From: Epiperipatus broadwayi
Lineage: Eukaryota > Animalia > Onychophora
Direction of reading: 5' to 3'
NCBI GenBank assembly: GCA_028023455.1
Contig: JAQFVV010000001.1
Location: 5,394,001 to 5,458,000 of the forward strand
DNA: 64,000 nucleotides
The first letter of the stretch is position 1; every line of letters starts with the position of its first letter. The notes under the pieces are model-generated. The model searched no databases and was not told the origin of the DNA. It saw only the letters and a program-made list of their open reading frames with translations. Below are positions 39,980-53,026 of this stretch, one piece after another. A program made the translations under genes and the position numbers.

Positions 39980-42900
39980 CAGTAATACTATAATGACAAG
40001 AAGTAAATTTGAATTTGACCTAAGATTTAAGGTAAGTTATTCATTATTCTCTCATACATTTAACATATTTCTTACTTTTTGATTTTGTTAATATAAAAAA
40101 ATTAAATTTTTATACTTTGATATTTTGCTAAAGAAATTAGTATATACATTTTTAATTATTCAACTTTTTTTTTTAAATATTAATTTTTAATTTATACATG
40201 GAATACTCATTATAAAAATTGTTTTGTATTATTTTTTTATTAATATTAAAAATATATACTTAATTTTGAATAAGAAAATGGATTGTAATTGTGCATTTTT
40301 TATTTAATTAGATGTCTTTAAACTTTCCTAGTATCAAAATTTAATAAATAAACAAAAAAAAGTAAGAGAGGGAAATATTTCCAAAATTCCTCAGTATTTC
40401 AACAAACAAGTAATGAAGAATCACTCCAAGTCAATTCCTGATATACTAAGTCAATTGGAAAAAAATTCAAATGAAGAAACCATTACTCACTTCAGGTCCA
40501 AAGACAATACAGAAGAAACAATAAATGAAGATGCTGAAGACAGTTTTGTTAATTTGGAACGTGAAGAATCTACTGAAGGTACAGTAAAAGTGTTTAATTT
40601 TGAGGATATTGAATTTGGTCCAGAAATATTATTTCATACAAGGCAAGCCATTTAAAAATAATACCTAAATAAATTAATGATTTAAATTTTCCACATTATT
40701 CTTATGGACAAAAATAATATAATAGAAATTGGTTAATTTATTCAGTTTAAAAAAAAATGCAGTTTGTTTCTTTTGCTGCAAACTTTTCCAACTTTACAAT
40801 TCTAAACATACATTAAATATCAGCCTTTTACAGCTATTGTACATGCGCTTTTACGAGTGTTAAATAATAAATGAATACTTTCACTGCCAATACAAGATAT
40901 AGCATTTAAGAAAGAATAAAATGAATCCACTTATTCTTTCCAAACCCAAATGTTTATATATGGGAAAATCTTAAGTACTGGCAAAGAAACCGTGAAGATA
41001 GATCATTCACTTTAAATTACAGTTCGCGTTGTCTGACTGAATAACATCGACAAAATTACTTAGAATTTACTAAACATCACTTTCAAATGAAACTTAAACA
41101 TATGTAAATAAGCATTTATTTATATAGCACAAAGTTTATAATTGTAATACATTAAATAAAAGCGTATGTGCAATAGCTGTAAAAGGCCAATATTTAATGT
41201 ATTACAATTATAAACTTCGCGCTATATAAATAAATGCTTAATTCTGAACATAATAAATTTATTCAAGGTCTTAATGACTGATAACATCTTGCAATGTAAC
41301 TGAATCATCATGAGAAAAATTTAAATCATTTGAGCAATTACAAAAAGTGGACAGAATTAATTAAAAAATAAAACTTGTATTGATCATTTGCTCTAAACTG
41401 TTTTAGATAATGAAAGAAAATGTTGATATGAATTTATAAAAAGCATAATTTTTATAGTAAAGTTTTTAGGCAAAAAAAAATCTATCTCTTCTTAGTAAAA
41501 GTAATAAATTTTATGATTATAAACAATGGCAATGTTTTAAAATGTATTGACAATGTTAAAAAAGTATAATTCTGTTATATTGGAACATACACAACATGGA
41601 GCTAATGATCCTGACTTTAAAAGTAAGCCTCCTATTTGATAAACTTCAAAATGAAATACTCACATTATTGTCATAAAATATTGATAATAATATTAACCTG
41701 TGCCAACAAAATAATTATTTTTCAATTATTTTAGACGATTGTACCGGGACTAACACTGAACAAATAAGTATGATAATCATATTTCTTCATTTCGATTCAA
41801 GATATAAAAATGTTGAAATACATGAATACTTTTAAGCATTCTATCTAATTTTAGATGCTGCAGGTGCTGGATTGACAATATTTCTTGTTGATTTACTAAA
41901 TAAATTAAATTTAAACATAACTTAGGAGGTCAGGGTATAATAATGGCTCTAATAGGCATGACAAAAATATAGTTTATAAAAATTTTACTTCCTTATTCAA
42001 ATTATAATCTAAACCTGATTAATCTGATAGTTAGAGATGCCATACATATCTATCATAAAACTATTGGTTTCTTTAATATAGTACAAGAACAATATATCAC
42101 CCCTCCTTCTGTTTACCAATGGAATATTTTAACTACTCATGTTAACATGTTGGTCAAGCAGAATTGATACCATAAAATCTCTTTATAAATATTTATCTAA
42201 AGGGTATTGTGCTTTATGTGAAGTTGAAAATTTTTCTACATTTATTTATTCTATTAGAATTTGGTATGATATTTTAAATAAAATGAATTTAGTCAGTAAA
42301 ATCTTGCAGTCTTCATCTATGAATCTCCTATTTGTTGTAGATGCTTTGAATGGTCTAAATAAATTATTAAATTATTATAGGTCTGATGAAATTTCTGAGA
42401 AATTGTTGAAAGTTACAATTCAATTGTAGCTAAATTTATTGCAGAATATGTATTTTGTAATGGAAACCACTGAGGCAATGTAAAAAAACAAAACAACATA
42501 ATTTGATTATGAACAGAAAAATGAAAATTTGGTACATCCTGAAATTTCATTAAAAAATTTTTTTTTCTCTGCATGAATTCATTTCAGTTTTTGTATTTAA
42601 GTACTTCACAAAATAAAGAATTTTATTATTTTGTTGTAAACATTTATGATAAAAATTAACACATGAGAATTATTCAGACTTTGACACAGATGATTTAGGT
42701 GAAGAAATTTTACACTGTCAACCATTTGCTTCTAATTTTAAAATTGATAGATATCAAATAATTCAATATATTTATTCAAATGACTTAATCACAGTTTATC
42801 TAAACTTTACAACTGCTCTTCGGATTTTTTTTTCTTACCGGTATCAGTAGCATCTGCAGAACTATCATTTTCTAAACTTAAAATTATTAAAAACTATTTT

Positions 42901-43524
42901 TTCACAATGGTATAAGACAGACTTTCAAATCGTTCCCTTTATATCAATAGAGTCAGACATTTTGGATCAGTTTGATATACATATTGTACGAGAATTTTCA
43001 TTAATGAAAACTAGAAATGTTCAATTCTCTAAATGATTTTTCCTTCTGTTTAAATATTTATTTATCTAGTTCTTTATCCAGTAATGAATAATATGTTTCT
43101 ATTTTTATCTATTTGTAAGTTAATCTGTTTCTTATTTATATCTATACAAAGTAAAAATGTTAAAGTGATTTTGTTGTGAAATATAGTTTAATCTTGTCCC
43201 CAAAAATATTTAGTATTTTGGTTTTTATAAAATTAAATCTATCTGTTAATTTATTTAAAACTATATAACAAATATTCACAAATGATTTTCTTGCCAAATA
43301 ACATAAATCACTTTATTTTTGTTTTGTTTTTGTATATTTATTTTTTAATAATTTTTTTTTTTGTAATTTTTACTTTTTGTTCAATAAACTTATAATTAAT
43401 ATATTTTGTATTTCATTTTTACTCATTGATAGTTTTTATAAAGTAATTTTTTATTGGGGAAGGGGTATAGGAACCCCAAGTAAAGTTTTGTTCATAGGTG
43501 CTGGGCCCTACTGATGGGTCACTG
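39980..43524 (+). mobile_element. Decayed hAT transposon (ZMYM1-like transposase)
   Basis: ORF 42139-42429 reads CWSSRIDTIKSL...WYDILNKMNLVSKILQS. A dimerization-domain relic near 42835-42960 reads PVSVASAELSFSKLKIIKNYF...DRLSN...SIESD. The right end is ...GGTCACTG at 43524. The left end CAGTAA at 39980 is tentative, with the imperfect flank pair CAAAGTAT/ACAAGTAT. Confidence 0.75.
40811..41199. mobile_element. MITE nested in the hAT relic (TA TSD, ~48-bp TIRs)
   Basis: TA|CATTAAATATCAGCCTTTTACAGCTATTGTACATGCGCTTTTA ... TAAAAGCGTATGTGCAATAGCTGTAAAAGGCCAATATTTAATG|TA. Confidence 0.75.
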
Positions 43525-43619
43525 ACAAGTATGTCTATAATATTCTTTAAACTTCAAAAATATTGATTTAAAAGGAAATATACATAAATAATTTATACAT
43601 TCTTATAGTAAAAAGGATG

Positions 43620-45610
43620 AGAAATGCAAATGTTTTAATAGGAGATATAAAATGACAAAAATAAGCAAAATTTAGATCAATTTTTAAAAATTTCTTGACA
43701 AATAATGATAATCATAGTTTTTGTTAGTTGGTAATTCAAGTTTGGAACATATCTTGAAAGCAAATTAATTGATAAACACCTAAATTGGATTAATCAAAAG
43801 CTAATCAATATGTTCAATGAAAAATTGTGAAACTAATTAAGTATAGTTTTTTTGTAAACACATTTGTTGATTTAAAATATTTAATTAATGTAATCATAAA
43901 ATATCAACCATAAGATTCATGGGTGATAGGAGTAAATGCCCTTATTAGGTGGCATGATGTAAATAGCAGAAAGAAAAGAGTAAAAAATGAGATCAATGTA
44001 GAGAAACAGAAGAGAATGTGCAGAGGAAAAAAAGAATCCACATTGACAATAATTAATCTAGGTCATGATTTAGATGTGGTCACTGTTTTTCTCAAGTGCA
44101 ATTCATCATCACCGATATTTGTATCAAGACTAGGAAAGTGCTAGTGAATATACAGTGATTTAACAATGCATTTCACAATATAAAGCAAATATAAAGAAAT
44201 TTTATACAATGGAAGCTCTCAATATGATGAACTAGAATCCACCCAAGTGCACTTGTTGGAGCTTGAATTATGTAGTTTTCCTCAGTTAGAATTCTCCAGC
44301 CTGCTAGAATAAAAGAATGATGCTATAAGACATTGTCTATGACTACCCATAAAAGACATGTTAAACACTACATAGAATAATTGAACTTAAATCTAGTGTA
44401 GCCTATTATGAAAAGTACATGGTAAGATTTTCTTGTATCTGAAAGCATATAACCTTAACTAATTATGTATTTTGTTATTTTATTTGTTGTTTGTATGTTT
44501 AGCTAATTATTTGTATTATAATGATAGTAACAAATTAATTACAGGTTTATAACCTTACTAACAATTATTATTTGGTAGGTACTTTTATTTTAACCATGTA
44601 TGTGCATTGAAAATAAATGAAGAACATCAAAAATCAATCATGAAATTGATCTCCTTTCCCTTCTAGGGTTTCCAAAGTAGATACATTTAATCTTTTATAA
44701 TAAAATATATAGTTTGTACATTATACTAATGCTAAGGTTAGCAAACTTTTTAACATGAAGGGCCATTTTGTTTAAATTTTTTTCCATTTCCTCATTAAAG
44801 AGCTACTAGTAGAGAGATATCCCCCCTTCTCCACATACACATATTAAAAAACCACAAGGAAAGAGGTGAAAAATATGTACCTGAAAATTAAGAATTTCTA
44901 AATCACTGTGAATATATTTGAACATTTACTTTTTTTTTTACTAATAGAACTTAACAGAACCCGAGCATTTTCCCTCTCCTATCATCAAAATATTTATTTA
45001 TAAATTACAAGAGGAAATAAAAAATATGTTTATGTTTATCATGATAAAAGAAGCCACAAGATTGAGATCAAAGATCCTCATTTGGCTCTTGTGACATAGT
45101 TTGCCAACACTTTAGTGCTGTTTGTCTTATTCCAAACAGGTGAAAAATTTGATATGATCAGAGAAAGCTGCTCTGAATGAGATATACATTAACAGTAAAT
45201 GGAGATTATGCTGCCAGTGGGTGAGAATAATATGTCCAGAAGCATTCTTTCCATGTGGAAAATGTGCCAAGGTAAAGACTAGTTTAGCTCCAGCCTCATA
45301 AAGTAAAATTTATGGATATAAAAACCAAATCATAATAATAAAATGCTTTTGGATGAGAGAGAAAATTGTTGATTCTCTGGTAACTTGAGTTGTTGGATGG
45401 TGATCAGGAAATATCACCAATACCTGGCAAGTGTATCATCATCAATCTCATTTTAACATTTCAGTGGTTGTATAATTCAACTATAGCTCTCTGGATCACA
45501 ATTATAAAAACTGCATTAACCTTTAGATAGCTTTGGAAGATCTATGTATAAAAAGTTGAGGTAGTAATTAATGATGAACAACACTGTTGCAACATAAACC
45601 ATTATATAAT
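43620..45610. repeat. Second copy of the dispersed repeat, with segments A and B contiguous and a MITE inserted
   Basis: Aligns with 31850-32600 and then with 35400-36260. Confidence 0.75.
44731..45114. mobile_element. hAT/Charlie-type MITE
   Basis: Ends read AAGGTTAGCAAACT / AGTTTGCCAACAC, with a subterminal GAAGCCACA...TGGCTC motif. It is absent from the paralogous copy at ~35700. Confidence 0.55.
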
Positions 45611-48600
45611 ATGTCATCTAGAAAATCCAACTAACATCTCAGCTGAGAACTGTCAAGCCTTTGCTTAAGGAAATGCATAGTGATTTCTTTTTTGGACTTA
45701 AATTAAAAGTAAAAGATGGTCAATATGATAGAATAAGTGGTAGGAAATCAAAGCATGCTCATTTACCATGTGAACAATCTTATGTCTATAACATTAGGAA
45801 TTTTCCATAATCAATTCATTAAAAATCTTGAAGAAGTATAACAGTTTTATTGTCATTTGGATTTTAAGCAATGACAAGCTATCATTGATGGTATGTTTTT
45901 GCTATTTTTATTTTATGTAAAATATTTTAAATAATTAACATTGCAGATTATTAATACAGCAACTAATGTTTTGGAAACTTTTAATCAAGACAAAATTACA
46001 TAATTAATAAATGGGTTATGACATTTAAATAATATTTAGTCTTGAATATATTCATTTTAAAATAAAATAAAAAAACAAACTTCAGTCTAAATTAATGTTT
46101 GTTTGATTATTTTATATTTCTATTATTTAACTGGTTTATCGAATTCTTGATTTTCAATTTTTCTCAGAAAAAAAGTAACTGAAAATTTTAATCATTTAAC
46201 TTTTTTGTAAATAAAAATTTAATTAATCTTATTGAAAAAAACAAAAGAAGGATTCATTGCTATATCTTAGAGAACTTTATTAGAAATAAGCAAAGATTAT
46301 ATATATATAATTAACATTCATTTTAAAACAAAAAATTGAAGGGGAAATTTTAAATAACATTTTGTTGTTGTAATATTGATGTAAAATGAATGTCTAAATG
46401 CAAATATGTTTTTAAAAATTCAATGTTTGACAATTTCTTATTATTCTTGCTGTTTTAATGATATGTAGGAAGGGGAGAGAATACTGTATTGAATAAAAGA
46501 TATCTTCTTAATTATTAACATTTATATCTAAATTAATTATCATTATTTCTCTTATTCTTTTCTCATTTTATTTAATTTTTATCTCCAAACATTTAGATTA
46601 GTAAAGAGCATGGTTGTTATAAGTCTTTCATATCATTATTCAATTCTCTACATGAACTGTGATAATGGGATGTGTTTCACAATTACCCTTTCATTTTTTT
46701 ATTACTAATTTCACATTTTTTTCATTCTTTATTTTTCTTTTTTTTTTTTTTTTTTTTTTTTTAATGAGTTTTAATGTATATATATGTACATTATAAAGGC
46801 ACTATATTATTGTAAGTTGATAAACAGAATAAAAATGTATTTCAGCAGCATTGGTACCTAATATAAACATCAATGTTTTTAATTGCCATATAAGTGCTTT
46901 AAAAAGAAGGCTTATGAGGAGGTAAAAGAAGAATAACTGAATTATTACCACACATGTTTAAGTATGATGAAATAGCTAATTCAAGATGACTAGAAAACCA
47001 ATAAATTACCAGGTTAACAGCATCACTCTGAATTAAAATCAATAATGTAAAAAACTTTGTTCTTGATAATGACGAAATGTTTAAATAGAAGAAAATTTAT
47101 GTGTGAGATATGGCATCACGACAGGTATTATTATACTTATCATACTTATAATTACCTTTGTTTAATTTTTTTAATTTAAATATATTAATCAAAATACAAT
47201 AACTAAAATAAAATATTTACAAATAAATGCTTTAATTATATAGAAGGTAAGCACCCTTCTTCACTAGCGCCGTGCTATGTTAAACAGTCATGTTAACTGC
47301 AAAGATTCTTTCCCCCAGTCACAAAATAAAGACTTTGAGAAAATAAAAACTACCGCCTTATTTTCAAACTCAAATGCACTTCTATGAGCCAATCTTAAGT
47401 GTCTAGAAATGAGAGCGTGAATGTATAAATCATTCAATTTGCATCTTAAATTATTTTCAAAGGTATATATATATTAATAGTATGCAAATGTAAATCGAAT
47501 AATTCTGTCAATCCTATATCACAGTTTTTTTTTTTAATGTAATTTATGATTTTGAAGGTATTAAAATGGTGTTAGTCAGATTGTTGTTAAACAAATCGGA
47601 TAGTGTTTTTCTTATAAAACAAATTCAATTGCAATTATGTATTTACAAAAAAATTAAATATTAAAATTTAATGGTTGTGATATTGTCAATTTAACAGATT
47701 AAATTATAGATGATTTATACTGCTAAAGCTATTTACAATATGTGAAATGAATTATAATAATTTTTAAATTAGCATGATTTGAGTGTTATATTTAATAATA
47801 ACTTCATTTTTCACAATTATATTATTACCTATTGAGTAACTTAAAGACTTTTTTGTTTGTAATAAATGTTACTAATTTTGTGGGAAATAGTTATAGTTAA
47901 AGTGTGTTAGCTATGTAGGGTTTTAGTTTCATACAATAACATTTATCAAAATTGAATAAATTTATGGTTTAATAAATAATAGCTTTTAATATCCACGATG
48001 AGTTTAAAGTATAAGGCATAGAAGTTCCGAGGTAAATATATTCTCATAAAATCTATTTAAAATCAATATTCATTGTTTTTCTTTTTGTGTTTATGTATAT
48101 TACATTTACAGATAAAAAAATTAGCTATCAAATTAATGTGAATTTTTGCATACATTTTTATTAATACGATTTATTTATTTATATACAATAATAAATAAAT
48201 TAGTATGTAGAATTAAAAATATTTACATTGCATTTTCATAATTAAAAAATACGTACACTATTTAATACATAATGAGGAACAAACTCCTATACAACAAAGA
48301 GAAACCGCGAGTCCTACAGATAAAAAAGTAACTGAATTTAACACCCAGAAAGAAGCTTGATAGAGGATTTTGTCACAATACTTGTCACTTGATTTATTTT
48401 TATAATCTGGTTCATATTTCGCATAGACTATAAAAGAACCTAAAATAAATAAATTACTTACATCAACAATATATATATATAATGAAACACATGTTTATTT
48501 TATATATGTGTGTGTATGTAAAATGTAGAATGGTCTAGTTTTCATTTGTTATAATACGTATATATTAAAATACAACGAAAATATAATTCTGTTTGTAGAA

Positions 48601-48746
48601 CAATCGTATATCAATAAATATATTCTTAAGTTTATATGTATATGTAGAATGATTTAGTACATAATATATATGTAATCTTATAATTGACTATTTATAAATA
48701 CAGTAATTAGATATATGTAAAGTATAACTTTAAAAAATTTATGCAC

Positions 48747-48788
48747 TTAGAAGCACTTTCGACTAACCTCGTAGTCTTTGTCAACCAA
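48747..48788 (-). ncRNA. Minimal type I hammerhead ribozyme, U3:A8 core variant
   Basis: The minus strand reads TTGG-TTGACAA-A-GACT acgaggtt AGTC-GAAA-GTGC-TT-CTAA. Stem I, stem II, GAAA and a CUU triplet are all present. Confidence 0.7.
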
Positions 48789-49416
48789 CAATTTGAAAGG
48801 CTAACCTTCCTACAATTCCATAATCTTAACGTTTGCTGCCTGTCTATTAATTAAGTCTTGTTTGTATTTGTATATTAGCATAGCTTCCTTTATTTACTTT
48901 TTGTTGTTGTTTTTTTCAATTTGGAATATTTTTACATTATTATAATTGAAGTTAAAAGCATGAATACATGACTTATTATGGTCATAAAAAAGGGATGCTG
49001 AAACATTATTATTTATTTACTTTGCAATTTTGTTTCATTTTCAGAATCCTTTTTAATAACAGCAAGTGCTCTTTAGTTTTTTTTTCCAATGTGCATCTTG
49101 ATTCCCCTATATATTCATTATCACACCTACGTATCCAGTTATAAATGATGCAATTTTTATTTTTAAATGACATTGGAAAAAAGACCTAAAGGGCACTTGC
49201 TGTTATTAAAAAGGGTTCAGAAAAAGAAACAAGTCATATATTAATGGGTTTAACTTCAATTATAATAATGTAAAAATGTTGCAAATTAAAAAAAATAACA
49301 ACAGAGGGAAAATAAAGGAAGCTATGCTAATATGCAAATACAAACAAGACTTAATTAACAGACTGGCAGCAAACATTAAGATCCCGGAATTGTGGGAAGG
49401 TTAGCCTTTCAAAGTG

Positions 49417-49458
49417 TTAGTTGACAAAGACTATGAGGATAGTCAAAAGCACTCCTAA
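49417..49458 (+). ncRNA. Minimal type I hammerhead ribozyme, U3:A8 variant, G12 mutated
   Basis: TTAG-TTGACAA-A-GACT atgaggat AGTC-AAAA-GCAC-TC-CTAA. Confidence 0.6.
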
Positions 49459-49982
49459 GTGAATAAAATTTTTAAACTTATACTTTACATATATATAATT
49501 ACTGAATTTATAAATATTCAATTGTAAGATTACGTATATTTATTTGAAGAAATACAGACATCGAATTATAATATTATATATATATATATAGTAATAAATA
49601 AAGACATACTGATATATTTTGTCTAATGGAGAAGATCAGTAGGTATCAATTGAAAACATTGTAAATGAGGATGAATATGAATATACTGACACTGACAGTC
49701 ATTAATATCCACATGAAGTTATATCTATTATCTAATCCTTAGCAAAGCATCATCAAAAAAAATCTTCATTCATCTCTCATAAGAAATTGGCTAATATCTT
49801 AATAGAATTATTCATCATCATTGATTTATATACTTTGATTAGTGAAAGTATGATCTAAATAAAGTAGTACTGATGAGCGAGTTACATGTTCTTAATAAAC
49901 ACTTATTTGTTTCTAAGATTGATCATAAAAGATATGAGTTAGTGCAAATTAGCATTATTTATTTGGAGAATATGAATGTTTC

Positions 49983-52708
49983 GATTGTCATCTGATCCTT
50001 CGTGTCAGCCGCTAGAGGCGCGATTTCTAACTAAAAACACATTAATATAACGTTCCCGGGCTAGCGATTCTCTATTAATATTGACTTTTTTTTTTGTTTG
50101 TTTACAAATAATATTTTTGATGATGGGATAATAATAGTTGTTTTTTTTTAATTTTTTTTTTTACCAAAGGGTCTTTTTTGGTGTGTGTTCAAATAGTAAT
50201 TTGTGTTTTTTTTTAAAAATAATATTACTGTTTTTGTAAAATTGGATTGACAAAATTCACGAGAGAACGAGTTTTTTTGATGGATCTTTAAATAATAATT
50301 TACATTACTTTGATAGGTTTACATTTGATTGCCGATAACGATTAGTGGGAGGGCTTTTTTTTGTGTACGATTAAATAATAATTTACATTACTTTGGTAGG
50401 TTTACATTTGATTGCTGACAACAATTATTGGGAGAAGTGTTGTTTTTTTTTTCACGTGTCTGTGTGTGTGTGTATGTTTAAATAAAAATTAAAACCTTTA
50501 CTTTTATCGGTTTACATTTGATTGACGACCGATTGGACTTCCTTTCGTTTATAAATTATGGTTTTGGTTCTACAAATAAATATTTTTGATAATGGGACAA
50601 TAATAGTTGTTGTTTGTTTAATTTTTATTGACAAGATCGGGTGTTTTTTTGGTGTAGATTCAAATAGTAATTTGGGTTACATTTAAATAATAAGTTGTGG
50701 TCTTACTTTGATCGGTTTGCATTTGATTGCCGACACTAATTATTGTGAGGGGTGTTTTTTTGTGTGTACGATTATAGTCAACAATTATTGGGAGAAGGGA
50801 TGTAACCGTTTAAAGAATAGTAGTTTACGGTACTTTTAGTAATGGTGTACATTTGATTGCTGACAATAATTAGTGAGAGGGGTAGGTGTTTTTGGGTGAT
50901 GATTAAATACTAATTTACCTTCCTTTTATTTTACATTTGATTTCCGACAACAATTATTGGGAGCTAAAGAGGTTGTTTTTTTGTGTATGTTTAAATCAAA
51001 ATTGAAGTTACTTTTATCGGTTACATTTGATTGACAACGGTTTTGACTTTCTTTTTTTTTTTCGTTTATAAATTATGGTTTTGGTTTGCCCAAAACCTAA
51101 TATTTTTGACAATGGGATAATAATAGTTGTTGTGGTTTTCTTTCATTTTTATTGACGAGAGCAGGTCTTTTTTCGGTGTATGTTCAAATAGTAATTTGGG
51201 TTAAGTTTAAAAAATAATCGGTTTACCTTATTTTTAGTGCTTTACATTTGATTGCCGATGACAATTAATGGGAGGGGTGTTTTTGTTTATGATTAAAGAA
51301 TAATTGTATGTTCCTTTTATTTTTTACATTTGATTGCCGACAACAATTATTGGGAGAAAGGGTTTTGTGTTTTTTTTTGTTTGTGTGTATGTTTAAATCA
51401 AAATTTAAGTTACTTTTATCAGTTACCATTTGATTGAAAACCGATTTGACTTTCTTTTTTTTTTTTCGTTTATAAATTATTTGGGTTTTCCCAAATAATA
51501 TTCGATTTGACAATGGGACAATAATAGTCTAGGTTTCTTTAATTTTGATTGACAAGAGCGGATCTTTTTCGGTGTACGTTCAAATAGTAATTTGGGTTAT
51601 GTTTAACTAATAATTTACTGTCTTACTTTGATTGGTTTACATTTGATTGCCGATGAGAATTAGTGGGAGGGTTTTTTGTTTTTTTCTATACGATTAAAAA
51701 ATAATTGACATTCCTTTTATTTGACTGTTTGATTGCCGATGACAACAATTATTGGGAGAAGAGGGTTTTTTGGGGCTATGTTTAAATAAAAATTTTAGTT
51801 ACTTCTTTTATTTTACATTTGATTGCCAACGACAACAATTATCGGGAGAAGAGATGTACGTTTAAATAAAAATTGAAGTTACTTCTTTTATTTTTGACAT
51901 TTGACAAAGGCCATTTAGAATCCCTCAAACAAGCTTGCCTTTACGAAGTGAACATTTCCGTCGGCACATGTTTTTGGACCTCAAATCTGCATATATTTGC
52001 CACACAATCCAATCTTTTCTTTCAGCAGCAGGATGTTTTTTTCTTTTTTTCTGCTGTAGAAATATTCCAGCGCTGGCTTCTGTGTCTGGCAATTCCCATC
52101 TTTTCAAGTTTTCTGTTGTGGGAATTAGCCATACTTCTTGTCTCGGAAAATTTCTCGCTAAAACGTGACTCAAAGCGTGATTTTTAAATTTTTACGCTAT
52201 TCCAGCCTAATCAAAAATTTAGGAGGTATACAAATTTATGAGGAACAATCATGATACTGTTAAAATTGATAAAATGTAACAGTACATCAATTGGTCTTAA
52301 AAAAAAGGCATCGATGAAAATTTAAATAATTTTGACACGATCAAATTAACACCCCCTCGTACGATATTGTTACATAAAATACATAATGCAGCATTATGAT
52401 ATAGTGCGTGACACAAACAACTGCAGCATTTTCCTCTGCTTTTAGCATTGGAAAAAGCCACACCATTAGCCACTGAGCCGAGTTAACACTCTTTCTAGAT
52501 TTTATCGTAGAAAGGAAACTTAACTCCGAGTTAACACTCTACCTTTTAGCATAGAAAGTAGACTTAACTCCGAGTTAACAATCTTTCTAGGATTTCTTTT
52601 AGAAAGAATGCTTAAAGGCTTGGGTGTGGCCACGGAAACGGTATATTTCTAGAAATTTATCTAGAAATTGCGCCTCTAGCGGCTGACACGAAGGATCAGA
52701 TGACAACC
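49983..52708 (-). mobile_element. Non-autonomous Merlin-like DNA transposon, copy 2
   Basis: Near-perfect ~45-bp TIRs and an exact 8-bp TSD AATGTTTC (49975-49982 and 52709-52716). G[G/A] termini with an 8-bp TSD fit Merlin. It has the same transposase relic (ATG at 52132) and the same array as copy 1. Confidence 0.85.
50100..51900. repeat. Higher-order degenerate tandem array inside Merlin-like copy 2
   Basis: Same motifs in the same order as 19140-20810. Confidence 0.9.
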
Positions 52709-53026
52709 AATGTTTCTAATCACTGGTATCACTTTATGCAGAAGAACTGATTTGCTTATTCTTATTTTTTCTAAATATTTATTCTCTTCTCTGTTATGTG
52801 AGATTTAGCATTTGAAGCATTGTGAAAAGTTCTTATAAATCAGATAACTCATAATCACACAGATATACATAAAGTATGCTAAGCGACTAGACCGAGAAAG
52901 CAACAATATATAATAATTATTATGAAATTTTAAATTAGCATTTTAATTATAGCAAATTAAAAAAATGCTAAAGAAATTTACAATGGAAAATCACTTTTCA
53001 CAAATATGCCTGCATTTCAAATCTTA

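Larger units (their letters stand above)
48661..49545. mobile_element. Penelope-like element 3' end folded back into an inverted duplication
   Basis: Arms ~48661-49095 and ~49168-49545 are reverse complements; the left arm has an extra ~65 bp. The minus strand from the loop reads CDNEYIGES...KEHL...FNFNYNNVKI..IE.N..K..IKEAMLI...LINRQ, a GIY-YIG C-terminus. Each arm carries a hammerhead. Confidence 0.85.

Noticed and set aside
46840-48360. Scattered splice-like signals and the short frame NEEQTPIQQRETASPTDKKVTEFNTQKEA*
   Set aside because: I could not assemble a phase-consistent exon chain, the acceptors are weak, and I recognise no homology.
49866-49915. CTGATGAGCGAG... hammerhead candidate
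   Set aside because: No GAAA at the right spacing and no stem I partner.
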